Positions 26,429 through 36,474 of a stretch of 64,000 bases of DNA are shown piece by piece. The translations under genes were made by a program, and so were the position numbers. Below the pieces are notes generated by a model. It saw nothing but the letters and a program-made list of their open reading frames with translations. It was not told the origin of the DNA and ran no database searches. The DNA is from a virus, in IMG/VR virus record IMGVR_UViG_3300035171_000016, positions 83,761-147,760 of that record; one strand, 5' to 3'. The stretch's first letter is position 1, and every line of letters begins with the position of its first letter.

Positions 26429-27133
26429 TTAAATAAAATCTATTTTATCTTTAACCTCTCTAGCTATCTTAATTATATTTCGTTTAATTTGCTGTATTCT
26501 AGCATATCCCGGTTTTCTATTTTTTTCGTGGCTAACAAACCCCATATCTTTAGCTACTTGTTCTTCTGATAAATTTTTGATATACAAAGCCTCATATATT
26601 AACCACATAGATAGCTTTAATTTCTTTTTCATTTCGTCGTGAAATATTAATATATATTTCTCTGAATCAATGTGGCTGGATGGCATTTCCATTACTTCAT
26701 TTGTATGATTTTCGGTAGAAACCGGAAGTTTAACATTATGAGCATATTTTTTACCATTTTCCCATTTTTTATATAATGGACAATTAGAATCTTGTTTTCC
26801 GTTTACAGTCCAGTCACATCCATCTGAGCCGGTATTAAATACGCACTTTAAACATGGCCTAGAGCAAGAATCATATACGTTTCTTTTAAGATTTCGTAAT
26901 TGATTATTAATAATTGTATTAATCCACGGTTCTACCTGTTTGGTACTATCAAATAAATGCCACTTCTTAAATAAATGAATCCTAATTATTTGTTCAATAT
27001 CCTCCCAGTCTATTGAAGATATGATTTTTAATTGCCATTTATGCTTATTTCTAGATAACAAATTATCTATAATAGGTAACGATTCCTCAAATGTTATATT
27101 TTTTTTAGCTTCCGTATTTGGAGTTTCTTCCAT
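26429..27133 (-). CDS. sigma factor-like protein with Cys-rich insertion
   Basis: DWEDIEQ.IRIHL..KW..FD....PWI..II.NQ.RN (region 2), CSRPCLKC..C..C, C-terminal HTH LSEEQVAKDMG. Confidence 0.65.
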   Translation of the reverse strand: MEETPNTEAKKNITFEESLPIIDNLLSRNKHKWQLKIISSIDWEDIEQIIRIHLFKKWHLFDSTKQVEPWINTIINNQLRNLKRNVYDSCSRPCLKCVFNTGSDGCDWTVNGKQDSNCPLYKKWENGKKYAHNVKLPVSTENHTNEVMEMPSSHIDSEKYILIFHDEMKKKLKLSMWLIYEALYIKNLSEEQVAKDMGFVSHEKNRKPGYARIQQIKRNIIKIAREVKDKIDFI

Positions 27134-27166
27134 AGATAAGTTTATTTTATTTTGATATTCTATGGA

Positions 27167-27661
27167 TTATTCGATTTCAATACTATCTCTTTGTTTTTTT
27201 GAGCTACTTAAAAATTCATTTTTAAATTGAGCCTTAGCATTTTCTATTTGAGCTTGTTTTTCTGCCTTAGAAAGTCTTTTCTTAGATTGGGGTTTTGGTT
27301 TAGGAGTAAAATCTTTATCTATTCCTCTATAACCCTCGGCAAAAACCTCTGTAGAGCTTTGTCTATTTGGCCGTAAATTATCAACATTAAAATTACATTC
27401 AATTTTATCAATTTTTGGAACAGAAGTAGCGTCATTTTCTATATCATCATCATCGGATGTCTGAATAGGCTTATTTACAGGTCTGAGATTATTAGATGTT
27501 ATTGACGGGGTAAGCGTAAAAGACGGTTTGTTGGCCGCTGGGAGCGGTTTAGACGAGGCAGATGACTCAAGATATGGTTTACCACACTTAGAACAAAAGT
27601 TTGGCTTAGAAACAGACCATTCAGTACCAAAGTTACATTTTAAACAGTAGATTTTTGCCAT
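27167..27661 (-). CDS. zinc-ribbon protein
   Basis: YCLKC...KPNFCSKCG. Confidence 0.65.
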   Translation of the reverse strand: MAKIYCLKCNFGTEWSVSKPNFCSKCGKPYLESSASSKPLPAANKPSFTLTPSITSNNLRPVNKPIQTSDDDDIENDATSVPKIDKIECNFNVDNLRPNRQSSTEVFAEGYRGIDKDFTPKPKPQSKKRLSKAEKQAQIENAKAQFKNEFLSSSKKQRDSIEIE

Positions 27662-27717
27662 AACATTAATATATAATAAATTATAGTGTATTTATATGAT
27701 AATTAAACTAAATAAAT

Positions 27718-27745
27718 AAAAAAAGACAGATTATTGGTCCGTCTT
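27718..27745 (-). terminator. intrinsic terminator
   Basis: AAGACGGA-loop-TCTGTCTT followed by a T-run on the minus strand. Confidence 0.6.
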
Positions 27746-27789
27746 GTGTATTACACTAAATTATTAAATATTTAAATATTTATATATTA

Positions 27790-28554
27790 TTATACGCTAG
27801 GCATCTTTTTTAGCCTCTCTATAAAAGAGAATACTAGGTCTTTAGGAAGGTCTTCTATAGTTTTATATTCAGGCTTGAAGGTATTTTCGGCCTTCATTTT
27901 ATCTTCTAGATGCTTAAACAAAACACCCTTAGCCTTCATAATATCACAAAGAAGCTTAACCTGTCTTTGAGGAACTATCGCCGGTCTAGATACCTGTTGC
28001 TCCGCTTCTCCGGTAGACGCCCCTAATTCCTCGCGTGATACAATATTAATATTTAAACAGTTTCTTACGGCTCGGCAAAAAGCTCTATTAGTGGCAATTT
28101 CTAGCAAGTATTTGGTTGCAAAATTACTAGTATTCCCTAAATGAGCGCAAGCGTTATCTTGAAACAATAGGCTAATATTTTCAGATTCGTAATTAGGAAT
28201 TAATTCTAATTCACAATTAACAGCTACATATTCTGGATTAGCCTCTTTAATATTATATTTTACGGATTTAAAACCTCTTAACTTAGCTAGATATTTAATA
28301 CCGCCTAATAGAATAATTAAATCGGTATCCTTTACATTATCTTTAATAATATCTATTTCTGAATATGGTTTTCCGTATTGTTTTTCTATTCTTTCCCTAT
28401 GTTTTGGGTCGTTATTAATATAGAGGTATTGAATGGGAACCATACTCCTATAATCTATAAGACCATCTTGAGTAAATTTATATTCAATTCCTTTTATTAA
28501 GCCGTTTTCGTCGCGCTCAACTTTTTTTAAAATATTTGGTTTAATTTCTTCCAT
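27790..28554 (-). CDS. single-strand annealing protein-like (Rad52/Erf-type fold)
   Basis: LLGGIKYLA..RG...A.A...N......IATNRAFCRAVRN.LNI..VS.EE. Confidence 0.5.
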   Translation of the reverse strand: MEEIKPNILKKVERDENGLIKGIEYKFTQDGLIDYRSMVPIQYLYINNDPKHRERIEKQYGKPYSEIDIIKDNVKDTDLIILLGGIKYLAKLRGFKSVKYNIKEANPEYVAVNCELELIPNYESENISLLFQDNACAHLGNTSNFATKYLLEIATNRAFCRAVRNCLNINIVSREELGASTGEAEQQVSRPAIVPQRQVKLLCDIMKAKGVLFKHLEDKMKAENTFKPEYKTIEDLPKDLVFSFIERLKKMPSV

Positions 28555-28577
28555 AGGTATAAATTTTAACTTAAAAA

Positions 28578-28916
28578 TTAAAATTCATTATCATCTTCTG
28601 GCTGAGCTAATGGCGCAGAAGGCTTTTTGGCTACGGTAGCCGACTTTTTAGGAGCGGCAACAGAAGAACTTTGGGTCTTCGGCTTCCAATCATCTACATA
28701 AATACTGTGGGTGTCCCCATTCTTGCCCGGAGCCAGCTTTTTTGAAATTACTAACTTAACATATCCTTTTTCATTAGGAGAGAGAGATTTAAAACTTTCT
28801 AAGAACTTTTCTGGCAAAATGCTTAATTTTAAAATTGAGCCGCCATTATCAAAGATTTTTTCTTCTACCCAAACGCCATTGATATAAGTTTTAGTCGTAT
28901 TACTTGAATTATTCAT
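28578..28916 (-). CDS. putative ssDNA-binding protein
   Basis: Small beta protein with flexible acidic tail EDDNEF, next to the SSAP. Confidence 0.45.
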   Translation of the reverse strand: MNNSSNTTKTYINGVWVEEKIFDNGGSILKLSILPEKFLESFKSLSPNEKGYVKLVISKKLAPGKNGDTHSIYVDDWKPKTQSSSVAAPKKSATVAKKPSAPLAQPEDDNEF

Positions 28917-28951
28917 TTATTTTTTTATTTATTGTTAATTAATCTATTTAA

Positions 28952-28980
28952 AGTATATCATTAGACCTTATCAGTGTCAA
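28952..28980 (-). promoter_or_regulatory. sigma70-type promoter
   Basis: TTGACA-17nt-TATACT. Confidence 0.7.
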
Positions 28981-30151
28981 GCTTTTCAAGAAAATACATG
29001 AATTCGCTTTCTTCCCACAATAATTCTAATTTTTCATTAATAATTTTAATTGGTTCATTTATTGTTGGATTAATATTTCTTCCAATAATATAATCTTGAT
29101 AACTAGCAAAAAACTTTCCGCCGCCAAGGATTAATTTACTAGATTTATAATATAAATTATCAATATTAATATTTTTTAATTTATCGGGCATTTCTTTTGA
29201 TATAACCACAATTGGAGAATAATCTAAATAATCTAATTTAATATTATTTAATTTTTCTTGATTTAATTCTGATATTAATTGATATGGAATTTTTAAAGAT
29301 ATTAATTGTTTAATAAAATCTGGATTATTATTTTCGGCTATACAATAAACAATACCAGAAATATTTTTCTTATATTTTTGTAGAATATTTAGCGGAATTT
29401 CTTTTGTTGTAATAATTTGACAAGGATTTAAGGCTAATTGATTTTGCAGTATAGCCAAATTAAAATTCCAATCAATTCTCATTACTAGATTTTGAGCATT
29501 TAGTTTTTTTACGTCTATTACGTCTGTAACAGCGGATTCTAAAAATTTATTATTAAATAAATCTCCAATATATAAGGTATTATATGGATAATTAAAATTA
29601 TCGTTTAATAACTTAATGACTGATTTAGCAATTTGCTCTGGTTTAATTTCGTTAATTTGTTTATTTGGTCCCTCGTCTAACGAAAACATTGGATTTTTAG
29701 ATTTTCTATCTGGTTCTAAAATAATTTGTTTGGATTTGTCACCAAAATAAGGACGAACACAATTAGAAAAATTATTAGAGATTAGGTCAACTAATGGTAT
29801 ATTATAATGTCCAGCTAAATGCGCTCCAACTGAATCTGTACATAAAACTAGCTTTGATTTGCTGATAATATATTGGAATTGGCCCCAATTAGTGCTTCCT
29901 TGTAGATGCCTACAATATTTTAGCGGCCTTTCGTCTTTTGCGCCTAGCTGTAAAATTTCTATATTATTTTTTTGTAAGTAAGGATAGATTAAATCTAAAA
30001 CCTCTTCCCAGTAACTATAATTTTTAGATGGTTTGCTCCAAGGTTGGATAACTATATAGTCATTAGGCAACCCTGGGTAGAATTTTTCACAAGTATGAAT
30101 CTTGTCAATTTTTTGTCCTGACGTTAAACTATAATTTTGCATTATATTCAT
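28961..30151 (-). CDS. GT9 (heptosyltransferase-like) glycosyltransferase
   Basis: YIVIQP...KNYSYW..V, QLG, LCTDSVGAHLAG.YNIP.V.L. Confidence 0.75.
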   Translation of the reverse strand: MNIMQNYSLTSGQKIDKIHTCEKFYPGLPNDYIVIQPWSKPSKNYSYWEEVLDLIYPYLQKNNIEILQLGAKDERPLKYCRHLQGSTNWGQFQYIISKSKLVLCTDSVGAHLAGHYNIPLVDLISNNFSNCVRPYFGDKSKQIILEPDRKSKNPMFSLDEGPNKQINEIKPEQIAKSVIKLLNDNFNYPYNTLYIGDLFNNKFLESAVTDVIDVKKLNAQNLVMRIDWNFNLAILQNQLALNPCQIITTKEIPLNILQKYKKNISGIVYCIAENNNPDFIKQLISLKIPYQLISELNQEKLNNIKLDYLDYSPIVVISKEMPDKLKNINIDNLYYKSSKLILGGGKFFASYQDYIIGRNINPTINEPIKIINEKLELLWEESEFMYFLEKLDTDKV

Positions 30152-30161
30152 AATAAGATAT

Positions 30162-31010
30162 TTAAATTTTCCATTTTTTAAGAGTTTTATTTTTATGTAA
30201 TTGTTTTAATTTATTTAAATATCGCACTTTTCTATCTAACGATAAATATAAATTATCTTTATATAAATAATCCATAATTATCATTATATTATTAATTCCA
30301 TAAATATTCATATAATGAACATCTTTTTTAGAAACGGTAATATAGTTCTTAATTTTTAATTTATTTTTAATAAAATTAGATATTTGCTCTATAATTTTTC
30401 TAGAACCGGAGCAAATGTAAAACTGAGTATTTAAATAATTAGTTTTTTTACCTTTAACTAAATAATAGTTAATACAACCATCGCCTTCAAAATAACCTCT
30501 TAAAAAATATGGCATCAAAGACTGTTTTATATTAGGCATTTCTACGGTTTTTGATTTATTTTGGACACATCCCAATCTTGCTAAATCCTCGCATATTTTA
30601 TGACTTCTAATGCTTAATCTTAATAAATTTTTTTTATTTTTGAGTTTACTCCTATCAATAAATAATAATGGCCTATCTGTTTCAATAATTTTTTGTAATT
30701 TATTTAAAACTATCCTATCGCCCTCTTGTATAGAAATGTGGAAATCTCCATCTTTTAAGTTATTATATCCATCACTAAACGCCCATCCTAAGAAGTATGC
30801 CTTATCTAAAGTATTAATATTATTGAAAATATTATGATTAATATTATATTTTCTATACGCTCCAACAGCTCTAGATTTTATATTAAATTTTCTTAAAATA
30901 TTCATAATAGTTACCGCGCTAGTATTATATCTAGCTCCTATTTTACTCAAACTCAATCCTTTATTATATAAATTAATAATGATAGGATATTTTCTTTTAT
31001 CTATTTTCAT
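30162..31010 (-). CDS. LAGLIDADG homing endonuclease
   Basis: AYFLGWAFSDG and FLRGYFEGDG; N-terminal HTH. Confidence 0.88.
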   Translation of the reverse strand: MKIDKRKYPIIINLYNKGLSLSKIGARYNTSAVTIMNILRKFNIKSRAVGAYRKYNINHNIFNNINTLDKAYFLGWAFSDGYNNLKDGDFHISIQEGDRIVLNKLQKIIETDRPLLFIDRSKLKNKKNLLRLSIRSHKICEDLARLGCVQNKSKTVEMPNIKQSLMPYFLRGYFEGDGCINYYLVKGKKTNYLNTQFYICSGSRKIIEQISNFIKNKLKIKNYITVSKKDVHYMNIYGINNIMIIMDYLYKDNLYLSLDRKVRYLNKLKQLHKNKTLKKWKI

Positions 31011-31013
31011 AGT

Positions 31014-32960
31014 TTATACGGGGACAAAAACCGAATTATTTGATAAATAATTAAGAAATTTTTGGGTTCCGGCAGCAACAAAACAATATCCATTAAACAT
31101 ACCCTTTCTCTCTCCCTGACCAATACAATATATTTCAGATTGCATAAAATCTTGATAAGGCAATACTTTATCGAGATACGGATTTAAGTCAAATAACTCC
31201 GAAAACTCTGGTTTAGTTGCCAAATATAAATTCCATTCTTCGCTAGGATATGATTCTCTAAAAGATTTAAGAGTTGCGGATACATATAAACAATCCCCTG
31301 CGGACTCTGGACATACAATTAAAAATTGTTTTTTGCCATTATTTATTAACAAAGACTCAAAAGGAATTTGCGGCTGTACTTTTTGATTATGTTCCATTGC
31401 CGCCCTACGGAATGAATTTACTAGACTTTCTCTCAATTTTCTTTTTTCTCCATCTTGAGATAGAAATTTCATCCAATGCTGTTTACCACTATCATTTTCC
31501 GGCAAATTCATATTCAGAATTTCTTTATAACAGTGGTCAATAAACTCAATATCGGATTGCTTATCTTCTATTCTAGCATTAATATTTTTCAGTTCTTTCT
31601 TTCTATTAAAATAAGAGTCCCAATCAATCTTTTTGCAAGAATCAAAAAAAGATTCTAATTTGCCAGCAATAACATTGGCGTCAAAGTTTTCAACCGTCCA
31701 TTTTCTTGCTCTTTCTGTAATATCTTTCTTTTTTTCTGGAGAAAGATTATAAACAAGCTCATAAAATTCAGTAATTGATTTAATATCAGGCACGAATTTT
31801 TTAAAACCAGTTCCAACCTCTCTAGTATAGGTACCCCTTAGAGAAAAAACGAAATCATTTTTGACATAATCTTCTCCACAAGAATATGGGAAAGAGGCAA
31901 ATGGTATTCCAGCCAGCATTGATTCTTGGCTTGTTAATTCGCTTCCACCACTATTAGGACAGCTACAAGAGCCATCGGCCAAATTATAAATTTTATTTAA
32001 ATCTTTTTCGTTGATGGTACTAGTAATTCCTGCGCTAATTCTACTTTTCTTTGATTTACAGGTAGGACAGTCCAAATCTTCTCCGTCATGCGGGGCTACT
32101 TCCCATTCTTGACAATTTTTACAAAAATATGTGCATAAAACATCTTCCTTGTTAAGTTTAAGTTCATCTCTAATTCTATCAATTGGCCAGCCGTTAGGTT
32201 CGGTAAAAGAAGTATGTAATAATAATCTTACTTTCTTATCAGGATTTTTTAGTTTAAATTCTTTTAAACCCTCTAGAAGAGCCCATGCTTGTTTTCTTAA
32301 TTGGTTTCTAAATACATAAATAATAACTTTTTCATCATCATTAATATTAAATTTACGTCTTAATTCTAATCTTTCTTTATTTGGTAGAGGATAGAAATCG
32401 TCAGTATTGAAAGCTGGAAATAGTGTTTTACAATGTCCATATTTTTCAATATTTTCTTCTTTTAATGCTCTTTCTGCAAAGCTAGACCAAAAATACATAT
32501 TAGGACAATTTTCTGCCCATGTTTTAAAATTAGGTAAAATAGGCTCAGAATCAGCGGTTGTCCATTGAATAAAATTTTGTTTAATATGTTTATACCAGTC
32601 TTGACTTATATAAGATTCTTCACTAGAACTCCAAATATCATCTGCGTGAATAACGCAATCTAACCTGTTTTCTGTAACAAATTTTTCCACTACATTGTTT
32701 CCATAACTAACCCACCTTCTATATCCTTCATCCTGATTAAATCTGTTCTGGTCAAAATTAACCATTGTACCAAAGCTTTTCCAAGGATATTTTTGAAAAC
32801 TGGGGTCATTATCTGAAAATCCTTGATTTAGAAAGTATATATCATATTTATTTGTCTTATAAATAATTGGTAGCCAAGCTTTTACGCATCTAGCTAAACC
32901 TGTTTTTAAAGAGATATTATTGGTAATTATACCAATTTTAAGTTTGTCTTCCATGTACAT
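31014..32960 (-). CDS. GT4 glycosyltransferase with Zn insert and GT9-like C-terminal domain
   Basis: TGLAR, FRNQLRK, CKNC..CPTC, NKIYNLAD..SGGSEL...ESMLAG; C-terminal ESAGD...NPYLDKV. Confidence 0.75.
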   Translation of the reverse strand: MYMEDKLKIGIITNNISLKTGLARCVKAWLPIIYKTNKYDIYFLNQGFSDNDPSFQKYPWKSFGTMVNFDQNRFNQDEGYRRWVSYGNNVVEKFVTENRLDCVIHADDIWSSSEESYISQDWYKHIKQNFIQWTTADSEPILPNFKTWAENCPNMYFWSSFAERALKEENIEKYGHCKTLFPAFNTDDFYPLPNKERLELRRKFNINDDEKVIIYVFRNQLRKQAWALLEGLKEFKLKNPDKKVRLLLHTSFTEPNGWPIDRIRDELKLNKEDVLCTYFCKNCQEWEVAPHDGEDLDCPTCKSKKSRISAGITSTINEKDLNKIYNLADGSCSCPNSGGSELTSQESMLAGIPFASFPYSCGEDYVKNDFVFSLRGTYTREVGTGFKKFVPDIKSITEFYELVYNLSPEKKKDITERARKWTVENFDANVIAGKLESFFDSCKKIDWDSYFNRKKELKNINARIEDKQSDIEFIDHCYKEILNMNLPENDSGKQHWMKFLSQDGEKRKLRESLVNSFRRAAMEHNQKVQPQIPFESLLINNGKKQFLIVCPESAGDCLYVSATLKSFRESYPSEEWNLYLATKPEFSELFDLNPYLDKVLPYQDFMQSEIYCIGQGERKGMFNGYCFVAAGTQKFLNYLSNNSVFVPV

Positions 32961-33014
32961 ATAATATTATTTATATTTAAAAATTAAACTAATTTAATAT
33001 AATATTTTGATAAT

Positions 33015-33053
33015 ATGGAATAAAAAGGAATAATCTTATTCCATTTAGTGTAT
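33015..33053 (+). promoter_or_regulatory. late promoter with operator-like inverted repeat before portal
   Basis: ATGGAATAA (33015-33023) / TTATTCCAT (33036-33044); GTGTAT at 33048, 8 nt before ATG. Confidence 0.5.
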
Positions 33054-33061
33054 ATATTAAT

Positions 33062-35155
33062 ATGAAAAAATTAGCCGAATTTGCAAGAGAAAATAAATTA
33101 AACTATAAGAACCTATGGCGAGAAGTTAAAAATGGCACGGCCTCTATTAAAACCACAACTAAAAATGGAAGAATTTATGTACAGGAAGAGGCCACGGCCT
33201 CTAAGTTGGCCAAATTTGTAGATAATGAAGGCAAATTCTATACTCCAGTTTTGTCCGGTAAGGATACTATTGTCGCGTCATCAACTCGCAGAAACGCTGC
33301 CGCTACTAGTACTCCAACTGATGAATATTATAATATTTCTAATGGTTTAACTCCATTTAATAATGCGTCTCAAAGAACTGGTGGAGACGGCGGTGGTATG
33401 TTTCCGGTTGCAGAGGCTATTCTTTTAACTCAAAAGGCTTATTATAATTTTTCAGTTTTTAGAAATATCATAGACTTTATGACAGAGTTTTCATGCTCTA
33501 AGATATTCTTACAAGGCGGCAATGCAAAAGCTCGTAATTTCTTTGAAAATTTCTTTGATTCTATCAATATTAATGCTCTACAAGACAAATTTTTTAGAGA
33601 AATGTATAGGTCAGGGAATTGTCTAGTATATCGTTTTCAGGTAAAAGCAAAACAAGAAGATATAGATAGATTAAATAAAATCTACGGAGCAACAGCCGCC
33701 GCTCTAACTCTTCCGTCTAAATATATACTAATTAATCCATATGATATTGGCGTTCAATCTAATATAGTTTTCGGCTCCAATGTAATTTTCTTTAAAAGAC
33801 TTAATGGTTATGAAGTAAATCGTTTAAGAGCTTCCGAAACCCCAGAAGAAAAGCAGTTTTTTGATAGTCTACCAGAAGTAACACAAAAACAAATTAAGGC
33901 CGGTTCTGGAACAGTATTAATTCCGCTAGACCCGGAAAGATTATATGGAGTTTTCTTTAAAAAGAGTGACTACGAATCTATGGCAATTCCAATGGGTTAT
34001 CCAGTTCTAAAGGATATTGAATGGAAGGCCGAAATGAAGAGAGTTGACATGGCTGTAGCTAGAACAATGCAACAAGTTGTTTTATTGGTAAACATGGGAT
34101 ACGAATCTAAAGATGGAACTTATATGTTTGATGGTAAGGCGGCAGAATCAATGCAAACATTATTTGCTAGCGAATCAGTAGGTAAAGTACTAGTTGCCGA
34201 CTTTACTACCAAATTAACATGGGCTATTCCAGCAATCGGAGACTTTCTTGACCCTAAGAAATATGAAATAGTTAACCAAGATATTAAAGAAGGATTAAAT
34301 TATATATTAACCGGAGGCGATTCTAAGTTTGCTAATCAATTTATATCTGTAAAGCTTTTCGTAGAAAGACTTAAAAGCGGAAGAGAAATGTTTTTGAATG
34401 AATTTCTTATTCCAGAAATGAAAAAAATATCTGAAAATATGGGTTTTAAATCTTGCCCTACTCCAAAATTTGAAGATATTGATTTAAGAGACGAGGCAGA
34501 ATGGGAAAGAATTGTAACTCAATTAGGTTCTTTAGGTATACTTACTCCCCAAGAAACTTTAGAGGCTATGAATTCCGGTAGACTTCCTACCGCCGAAGAA
34601 TCTATAGAACATCAAAACGAATATCGAGCGCAAAGAGACAAGGGTTTATACGAACCACTAGTAGGCGGCCCTTATGATACGGCCAAGCTAGCTAAATTAA
34701 CGGCTGCTCAAAAACCAGCAGCGCAAACAAATCCATCAGATTTAGGTGGTCGCCCGGGAAATGTAAAAACCAAACAAACTACTAAAAAAGTAGGTATTTC
34801 TAGAGGCTCTATACAAGAAGAGATGGCTATTCAAAGTTTATATTCTTTATCTAAAATTAAAGATAATTTAATATTAGCTGCCAACCTTAAAGAAAAAGTA
34901 AAGCAATACTATGCAAAAGCAAAAAATATTAAAAAATTTAATGACCAACAAATGTTCATTATTAATGAAATAAGCGAATTAATTATAGCTGACTGCAAAC
35001 CAAATGAATGGGAACTTAATATCGAGAAATATATTAAAGAGCCAATCGCCTCTAACGAAAAGAATATTAAGGAAATAGAAGAAATAGCTTTAGAACATTC
35101 TCTACCTCATTCTTTAGCCGCTATTTTACTTAATAGTAAATTAGAAAAAATCTAA
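33062..35155 (+). CDS. portal protein with N-terminal HTH
   Basis: AYY..SVFRNIID.M.EF, FFREMYRSGN..VY, portal-like size and helical pattern; N-terminal MKKLAEFARENKLNYKNLWR. Confidence 0.7.
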   Translation: MKKLAEFARENKLNYKNLWREVKNGTASIKTTTKNGRIYVQEEATASKLAKFVDNEGKFYTPVLSGKDTIVASSTRRNAAATSTPTDEYYNISNGLTPFNNASQRTGGDGGGMFPVAEAILLTQKAYYNFSVFRNIIDFMTEFSCSKIFLQGGNAKARNFFENFFDSININALQDKFFREMYRSGNCLVYRFQVKAKQEDIDRLNKIYGATAAALTLPSKYILINPYDIGVQSNIVFGSNVIFFKRLNGYEVNRLRASETPEEKQFFDSLPEVTQKQIKAGSGTVLIPLDPERLYGVFFKKSDYESMAIPMGYPVLKDIEWKAEMKRVDMAVARTMQQVVLLVNMGYESKDGTYMFDGKAAESMQTLFASESVGKVLVADFTTKLTWAIPAIGDFLDPKKYEIVNQDIKEGLNYILTGGDSKFANQFISVKLFVERLKSGREMFLNEFLIPEMKKISENMGFKSCPTPKFEDIDLRDEAEWERIVTQLGSLGILTPQETLEAMNSGRLPTAEESIEHQNEYRAQRDKGLYEPLVGGPYDTAKLAKLTAAQKPAAQTNPSDLGGRPGNVKTKQTTKKVGISRGSIQEEMAIQSLYSLSKIKDNLILAANLKEKVKQYYAKAKNIKKFNDQQMFIINEISELIIADCKPNEWELNIEKYIKEPIASNEKNIKEIEEIALEHSLPHSLAAILLNSKLEKI

Positions 35156-35160
35156 TTTTT

Positions 35161-36474
35161 ATGGCCAATAGGAAGATATATAATCAGGCCGGAATCGCTG
35201 TTTCTAGCGACTCCTCTGGATATTGCTTTCTTGATTTTTCGGGAAATAGAACTAATTCAATATATTCTAATATTAACGGTTTAACTGGATATTCTTATAA
35301 TTTAGTAAAACCGCTAACTAGAATAGTTGATGTTAGTTATGGATTTTCCGAAAGCAGAATAGATGTTAAAAACATGGGTAATTTTGGAACTATTGCTAGG
35401 CCATCAATAGTTTCCACACCAATAACATTAAGATTTTCATATTATTTAATGGGTTTAATAAACGAAGCAAGGCTTGGTTTTATTTTTGCCCAGCCATCTG
35501 GAAATAATGTTAACAATCCTTCTATATACGATAATATATGTCCTATATCTGGATTTTTAGATAGAACGTATCAGCCAGATTATAATGATTCATTTATTAA
35601 TTATGCCGGAGCAAATGAATACTGGAATAATACTCATAGAGACTGCAAGAATTTTTTTGTTATAACTAAAATAGGAGAATCGGATTTAAAATCATCTCCA
35701 TCAATAACCCAAACATTAAATAATACAACCGGAACCATTCTAAAAGATAATATTTATGTATATGAATTTGGAAATTGCTATTTAAATTCATATAAAGCCT
35801 CTGCTTCGGTAGGTAATTTTCCAGTAGCTTCTGTAGATTATACTTGTTATAATGTAATGTATATAAGCGGAGGCTCTGGACAAAATATTCCAGCAGTAAA
35901 TCCTAAAGATTTTACCTTGTTAAGCGGAATTACATACAATTTACCGCCCATGTCTAGTGGAGAATTATCTACTATATTATTACCCGGAGATATTACTTTA
36001 AATATAATGGAAACCGGAAATAACCAAATAACAAATCTTCCTATTAGTTTTTCTGATATTAAAGTTCAAAATTTTGATATAGATATAAATTTAAATAGAG
36101 AGCCTTTATATAATTTAGGATACCGCCTTCCTATGGATAATATTGTTAATTATCCGGCATATGCAAACCTATCTTTATCTGCAATAGTAGGAAATACATC
36201 TACCGGCTCTTTTATTGATTTTATTAATAAAGATACCGAATATGATATTTCAGTTAATATGAAATATTCTAGGAATAGCAATATTACTGGCACGGCGATA
36301 TTATATAGATTTTTAAGTGCCAAATTTAATAATATTCAAATATCAGAATCTATTTCAAATAAAAAAATGGTTAGTTTTAATGTTTCTAATGAGATGAACC
36401 CAACTACAAATAGTAAGGGATTTTTCATTTCTGGACAATTAGGAGTACCAAATAATAATAAACCTTTATATTAA
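35161..36474 (+). CDS. tail tube protein paralog
   Basis: Colinear similarity with 46431-47606 (FGNCYLNSY..ASVGNFP, PGDITL, VQNF.I...L.RE.L..LG). Confidence 0.65.
   Translation: MANRKIYNQAGIAVSSDSSGYCFLDFSGNRTNSIYSNINGLTGYSYNLVKPLTRIVDVSYGFSESRIDVKNMGNFGTIARPSIVSTPITLRFSYYLMGLINEARLGFIFAQPSGNNVNNPSIYDNICPISGFLDRTYQPDYNDSFINYAGANEYWNNTHRDCKNFFVITKIGESDLKSSPSITQTLNNTTGTILKDNIYVYEFGNCYLNSYKASASVGNFPVASVDYTCYNVMYISGGSGQNIPAVNPKDFTLLSGITYNLPPMSSGELSTILLPGDITLNIMETGNNQITNLPISFSDIKVQNFDIDINLNREPLYNLGYRLPMDNIVNYPAYANLSLSAIVGNTSTGSFIDFINKDTEYDISVNMKYSRNSNITGTAILYRFLSAKFNNIQISESISNKKMVSFNVSNEMNPTTNSKGFFISGQLGVPNNNKPLY

Noticed and set aside
33062-33200. IS607 element
   Set aside because: Only an HTH-like segment; no serine recombinase domain or TnpB.
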